Part shown: piece by piece, positions 59,649 through 64,000 of the stretch
Numbering within the stretch: position 1 is the first letter of the stretch
Layout of the letters: each line of letters begins with the position of its first letter
NCBI GenBank assembly: GCA_022705325.1
Contig: JAKJER010000006.1
Location: 169,097-233,096, forward strand
Direction: 5' to 3'
From: Planctomycetota bacterium
GTDB lineage: Bacteria; Planctomycetota; Phycisphaerae; SM23-33
Length of the DNA stretch: 64,000 nt
Notes under the pieces: model-generated
What the model was told of the DNA's origin: nothing
Seen by the model: only the letters and a program-made list of their open reading frames with translations
Databases searched by the model: none
Position numbers and translations under genes: made by a program

Positions 59649-62396
59649 ATGGGAAGAATGGGAAACGCGTCGGCATTCCTGTTTGCATCGCTGCTTTTGC
59701 CGAGCGCAGCGGGCGCGGCTGAGAACGTTCGGTTGTTCGTGGCCCCGAGCGGGAAGGACACCAGCGCCGGCACTGCGGATCAGCCGTTTGCCACGCTCGA
59801 GCGTGCTCGCGACGCGGTCCGGGCGATGAAGGCCAAGGGTCCGCTCACCGGGCCGGTCACGGTCGTGCTGGCCGGCGGGACCTACCGGCTGGACAAGACG
59901 CTGGAGTTCGGCCCGGAGGACTCCGGATCGGCCGACGCGCCGATCACCTACAGGGCCGCCCCGGGTCAGCGGCCCGTGCTGTCGGGCGGGAGACCCGTCA
60001 CGGGCTGGAGCAAGGCGGACGGGGCGCGGTGGAAGGCGAACGTGCCGGCCGTCAAGGAGGGCCGCTGGTACTTCCACCAACTCTTCGTGAACGGACAGCG
60101 GCGCACGCGGGCCCGCACGCCCAACCAGGGCTTCTTCTACACCGAGGGCATCCTCGCCCCGTACGATCGGGCCAAGTGGTGGGCGGCCGACATCGAGGCC
60201 AAGCGCGGCTTCCTTTACCGCCCGGGCGACATCCGCCGCTGGAGCAACTTCGACGACGCCATGATCGTCGTCTATCACTCGTGGACCACGTCGATCCATC
60301 TCATCACCGCCCTGGACGAGCGGGAGCGGGCCGTGCGGCTGGCGCCGCGGTCCGGCTGGCCCATCGGGCACTGGTGGGAGTACAACACCCGCTACCACGT
60401 GGAGAACGTGGGCGAGGCCCTGGACGCACCGGGCGAGTGGTATCTCGACCGCGAGAGCGGCGAGCTGACGTATTGGCCCCTGCCGGACGAGGACATGACC
60501 AGGGCGGAGGTTGTCGCCCCATTCGTGCGCCAGACACTGGTGGCCTTTCGCGGCGACCCCGCGGCGAAGAAGCACGTCGAGCACCTGCGGTTCGAGGGCG
60601 TCTCCTTCCAGCACACCGACGCGCTGATCGCGCCGGACATGCCCGTGGACCACCAGGGCGCGACCGGGCAGAAGCCCCTGATCGAGGCCCAGGGACTGCG
60701 CCACGCGGCCTTCGAGAACTGCGAGATCGCCCACGCGGGCGAGAACGGCGTGTGGCTGGGCGCCGGCTGCACCGACAACGTCATCCGTCGCTGCCACGTG
60801 CACGACCTGGGCGGCGGGGGCGTGTACGTGGGCATAACGCACGGGCCGCCCGCGGGGCAGGCGGTCGAGCGGAACGTGATCGACAACTGCTTCATCCACG
60901 ATGGCTCGCACATCTTCCGCGGCAGCCAGGGCGTGTGGATCGGGCGGGCATCGTACAACCAGGTGACCCACAACGAGATCAGCGACTTTCACCACCTGGG
61001 CGTGTCGGCGGGCTACTCGTGGGGCTACGCGCCCAGCAGCGCCAATCACAACCGTATCGAGTTCAACCACATCCACCACATCTGCAACGGCTATTTCAGC
61101 GACGGCGGCGGGATCTACGCGCTGGGCGTCTCGCCCGGCACGATGATCCGCAACAATCACGTGCACGACGTGCGGCCCACGCCGCAGATGCCCATCGGCG
61201 GCTGCGGGATCTACCTCGACGAGGGCTCGACGACCATTCTCGTCGAGAACAACGTCGTCCACGACGTCGGGGCCGGCGCGTTCACCCAGCACTACGGGCG
61301 CGAGAACGTCGTCCGCAACAACATCTTCGCCTTCGGCGGCAAGCACGTGGTCTGCTGCTGCCGAATCGAGGAGCATCTGTCGTACACGTTCGAGGGGAAC
61401 ATCGTCCTCAGCGACGAGGGGCAGATCACCAGCGACCACTACAGCCCGCTGCGCGCGAAGACCGCGTTCAATCGCAACGTCTACTGGGACACGTCCGCCA
61501 AGCCGCCGCTCTTTGGCGGCGTGAGCTGGGACGAGTGGCGCAAGACCGGCCGCGACGCCGATTCGCGAATCGCCGACCCGCTCTTCGTCGATGTAGCCAA
61601 GCGCGACTTCGCCCTCAAGGCCGGCTCGCCCGCGCTGGCCATGGGCTTTCGGCCTATCGAAATCGAAAAGGCCGGACTGTACGGAGAGCCCGCCTGGACG
61701 GCCCGGCCGAAGGCCGTGACGCGTCAGCCGATATTCGACCCGGGGCAACTGCCCCCGCCCCCGCCCCCGCGCCCGCTCGTGGAGGACTTCGAGTCCACCA
61801 AGGCCGGCAAGACGCCTGTCACGCTGCACCTCTCGCCGGGCGACCGGCCGGACGCGATCCAGGTATGCACGGAGGCGGCCGGCGGCGGCAAGCAGTCGCT
61901 GAAGATGACCAAGACGCCCAACCTGCCGCACGGCTTCCAGCCGCACGTCTACTACGGAACGCAGCGGTACACGGGGGGCAAGGCACGATTCGTCTGCGAA
62001 CTGATGAGCAGCGCCGCTCACCCCGCCGACGTGTACGTGGGTCTGCGCGACTACAAAGTGCCCGGGCGGGAGTATGCCGACGGGCCGGTTGTGCGGGTCC
62101 TGGAGAGCGGCGACCTGGTCGCGGGGGGCAAGACGCTGGCGAGAGTCCCGCCTGGAACGTGGGTGCGGATGGAGTTCCTGGTGGACATGGACCCGCCGGC
62201 CGCCTCCGCCACGACTACCCGCCCCGCCAGGACGTACGACCTGACGGTAACGATCGCCGGCGCCAAGCCGCAAGCGTTCACGGCCCTTCCTTACGCTGAC
62301 GAGCGGTTCAGCCGCCTCACCTGGTTCGGCTTCTCCAGCGTGGGCAAGCCAGGCAGCGTGTTCTACATCGACAACCTGCGCCTCGAGCCCCGGTGA
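59649..62396 (+). CDS. Secreted right-handed parallel beta-helix (pectin-lyase-fold) protein, putative polysaccharide-active enzyme
   Basis: Signal peptide MGRMGNASAFLFASLLLPSAAGAAE. Beta-helix repeats with Asn/His ladders (…NCEIAHAGENGVWLG…NVIRRCHVHDLGGGGVYVG…NCFIHDGSHIF…THNEISDFHHLGV…), then a PPPPPPRP linker and a C-terminal beta-sandwich. Confidence 0.6.
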   Translation: MGRMGNASAFLFASLLLPSAAGAAENVRLFVAPSGKDTSAGTADQPFATLERARDAVRAMKAKGPLTGPVTVVLAGGTYRLDKTLEFGPEDSGSADAPITYRAAPGQRPVLSGGRPVTGWSKADGARWKANVPAVKEGRWYFHQLFVNGQRRTRARTPNQGFFYTEGILAPYDRAKWWAADIEAKRGFLYRPGDIRRWSNFDDAMIVVYHSWTTSIHLITALDERERAVRLAPRSGWPIGHWWEYNTRYHVENVGEALDAPGEWYLDRESGELTYWPLPDEDMTRAEVVAPFVRQTLVAFRGDPAAKKHVEHLRFEGVSFQHTDALIAPDMPVDHQGATGQKPLIEAQGLRHAAFENCEIAHAGENGVWLGAGCTDNVIRRCHVHDLGGGGVYVGITHGPPAGQAVERNVIDNCFIHDGSHIFRGSQGVWIGRASYNQVTHNEISDFHHLGVSAGYSWGYAPSSANHNRIEFNHIHHICNGYFSDGGGIYALGVSPGTMIRNNHVHDVRPTPQMPIGGCGIYLDEGSTTILVENNVVHDVGAGAFTQHYGRENVVRNNIFAFGGKHVVCCCRIEEHLSYTFEGNIVLSDEGQITSDHYSPLRAKTAFNRNVYWDTSAKPPLFGGVSWDEWRKTGRDADSRIADPLFVDVAKRDFALKAGSPALAMGFRPIEIEKAGLYGEPAWTARPKAVTRQPIFDPGQLPPPPPPRPLVEDFESTKAGKTPVTLHLSPGDRPDAIQVCTEAAGGGKQSLKMTKTPNLPHGFQPHVYYGTQRYTGGKARFVCELMSSAAHPADVYVGLRDYKVPGREYADGPVVRVLESGDLVAGGKTLARVPPGTWVRMEFLVDMDPPAASATTTRPARTYDLTVTIAGAKPQAFTALPYADERFSRLTWFGFSSVGKPGSVFYIDNLRLEPR

Positions 62397-62485
62397 CTTG
62401 TGCGATCGGCGGCTCAGGCGATCCTGCCCGAGTTTCCGGATCGCGCGTTTCTCCCGACCTGACGCGCGGGTATACTGATGGGGCT

Positions 62486-63475
62486 ATGGCGAGCGAGTTG
62501 AGACCATTTAGCATAGGCACGGTCCGCGTGCGCTTTCCGGTGGTGCTGGCCCCGATGGCCGGCTACACCGACCTGGCCTACCGCCTTATCTGCCGGCAGA
62601 GGGGGGCGGAGTATTGCACCAGCGAGATGGTGCTGGACCGCTGCGCGCTGATCCACGGCAAGCTTCGCAGCCGCCTGCTGTGCCTGGACCCGGGCGACCA
62701 TCCGGTGGGCGGGCAGTTGATCGGCAACGAGCCGGAGGTGATGGCCGAGGCGGCGCGGGCGATGGAACAGATCGGCTTCGACGTGGTCGACCTGAACTTC
62801 GCCTGCCCGGTGCACAAGGCGCTGTCACGCCGCCGCGGGGGGCACATGATGCGCGAGAGCGAGCAGGTGCTGCGGATCGTGCGGGCGGTGCGGGCAGCCG
62901 TGGACTGCCCCGTGACGCTGAAGGTGCGGCGCAGTTTCGACGAGGCCGACCACGAATGCGAGGCCTTCTGGCGGATCGCCGAAGGCGCCTTCGACGCCGG
63001 CGCCGACGCCCTCACGCTGCACACCCGCAGCGTGGAGGCCAAGTACGCCGGACGGGCCGACTGGGAACTGCTGGCCCGCGTGAAGGAGCACTTCGCGGAC
63101 AAGACGATCATCGGCTCGGGCGACGTGCTTCGCCCGGCCGACGCGCTGGCCATGCTCGAACAGACGGGCGTGGACGCGGCGGCGGTCGCGCGGGGGTGCC
63201 TGGGCAATCCGTGGTTCTTCCGCCAGGCGGCTGATCTGGCCGCCGGGCGGGAGCCCTACCGAGCGAGCCTGGCCGAGCAGCGGGAACTGCTGCTGGAGCA
63301 CCTCGATGCGGCGTGCAAGCTGTACGGGCGGCTTCGAGGCCCGCGGATCATGCGGAAGTTCGGCATCAAGTACGCCCGCCTGCACCCGCATCCGAAGGAG
63401 GTGCGGATGGCGTTCGTGGACGTCAAGTCGCCAGAGGACTGGCGGGCGGTCGTGGAGGAGCACTATCCCGCCTGA
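62486..63475 (+). CDS. dus: tRNA-dihydrouridine synthase (DusB-like)
   Basis: …VVLAPMAGYTDLAYRLICRQRGAEYCTSEMV…DLNFACPVHKA… is the FMN-binding Dus TIM barrel with catalytic Cys. Start trimmed to MASELRPFSIG; TATACT lies 10 nt upstream. Confidence 0.85.
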   Translation: MASELRPFSIGTVRVRFPVVLAPMAGYTDLAYRLICRQRGAEYCTSEMVLDRCALIHGKLRSRLLCLDPGDHPVGGQLIGNEPEVMAEAARAMEQIGFDVVDLNFACPVHKALSRRRGGHMMRESEQVLRIVRAVRAAVDCPVTLKVRRSFDEADHECEAFWRIAEGAFDAGADALTLHTRSVEAKYAGRADWELLARVKEHFADKTIIGSGDVLRPADALAMLEQTGVDAAAVARGCLGNPWFFRQAADLAAGREPYRASLAEQRELLLEHLDAACKLYGRLRGPRIMRKFGIKYARLHPHPKEVRMAFVDVKSPEDWRAVVEEHYPA

Positions 63476-63533
63476 CGGGCCCCGGCGTACCCGGGGAGAG
63501 TCTTGCTCGCGAGGGGGACTTCACGTGCGCCGC

Positions 63534-64000
63534 TTACGCCTGCAGCGTGGTCAGTCCCTCGCGGATGGCGAACTTGGTCAGCTCGGCCACCGTCCGGATG
63601 TTCACGCGGTCCATGATGTTTCGACGGTGCCAGTCGATGGTGCGCTTGGCCACGTGGAGTTCGGCGGCGATCTGCTTGGTGCTCATGCCCTGGGCGACCA
63701 GACAGAGAACCTCTCGTTCGCGCCTGCTCAGGGCGTCAGCAGGCGATTCCTGCTGGAGGAGTTCCTCCAGTCGCTCGAGGGGCAGCTCTCCGGCCAGCAG
63801 CGGGGATACGTATCGCCGCCCATCGACGACGGCGCGGATGCCGACGAGGATGTCCTCGATGGAGTTGCTCTTGACCACGTACCCTCGGGCGCCCGCGCGG
63901 AACATCCGCAGGGCGATCTCGCCGCTGCAGTGCATGGACAGCGCCAGCACCCGGGTGGAGCGCCGGGCGCTGAGGATGGCCCGCGTGGCGGTCACCCCGT
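63534..64000 (-). CDS. LuxR/NarL-family response regulator (C-terminal HTH complete; receiver domain runs off the window end)
   Basis: …LSRREREVLCLVAQGMSTKQIAAELHVAKRTIDWHRRNIMDRVNIRTVAELTKFAI… is a LuxR-type HTH. The upstream part is receiver-domain-like. The frame is open to position 64000. Confidence 0.7.
   Translation of the reverse strand, partial: GVTATRAILSARRSTRVLALSMHCSGEIALRMFRAGARGYVVKSNSIEDILVGIRAVVDGRRYVSPLLAGELPLERLEELLQQESPADALSRREREVLCLVAQGMSTKQIAAELHVAKRTIDWHRRNIMDRVNIRTVAELTKFAIREGLTTLQA

Overview
High-GC (about 65-70%) bacterial chromosomal segment whose gene content suggests Planctomycetota; this is an inference from gene content only, no database search was possible. The first 11.6 kb is the conserved minus-strand cluster tuf - rpmG - tRNA-Trp - secE - nusG - rplK - rplA - rplJ - rplL - rpoB - rpoC, with rpoC running off the window start and a tRNA-Thr upstream of tuf. 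After it come, in order: a large two-module secreted glycoside hydrolase, argB-argF and a GH10 xylanase; an M14-like peptidase convergent with a tandem TIR-TIR domain protein; an SLC12/APC-type transporter, and tmk overlapping holB; a secreted GH-like protein, a 6TM voltage-gated K+ channel, an orphan ribbon-helix-helix antitoxin-like gene, a PQQ-propeller protein, glycogen debranching enzyme and RNase D; a tRNA-Val; and then a long minus-strand carbohydrate operon, in transcription order RhaT, URO-D/MtaA-family protein, GH106-like hydrolase, FNT channel, LamG-GH130-like-PQQ fusion and metallophosphoesterase. The window ends with a multihaem cytochrome c/TPR protein, two translationally coupled secreted beta-propeller proteins, an FtsX-type permease, class II RNR (nrdJ), a ceramidase-like hydrolase, a beta-helix protein, dus and a LuxR-type regulator. 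The most unusual signal that can be read directly from the sequence is a family of heptanucleotide (7-nt period) tandem-repeat arrays that begin at or inside stop codons. They sometimes form inverted arms, and two loci share an identical 23-nt palindromic core (AACCTGCCGGCAGGCAGGTCGAC). The tandem-TIR protein with operator-like AAATGGGACATT repeats upstream is the best candidate for a defence-type gene. Many long ORFs in the six-frame track are antisense or off-frame shadows typical of high-GC DNA and were rejected.
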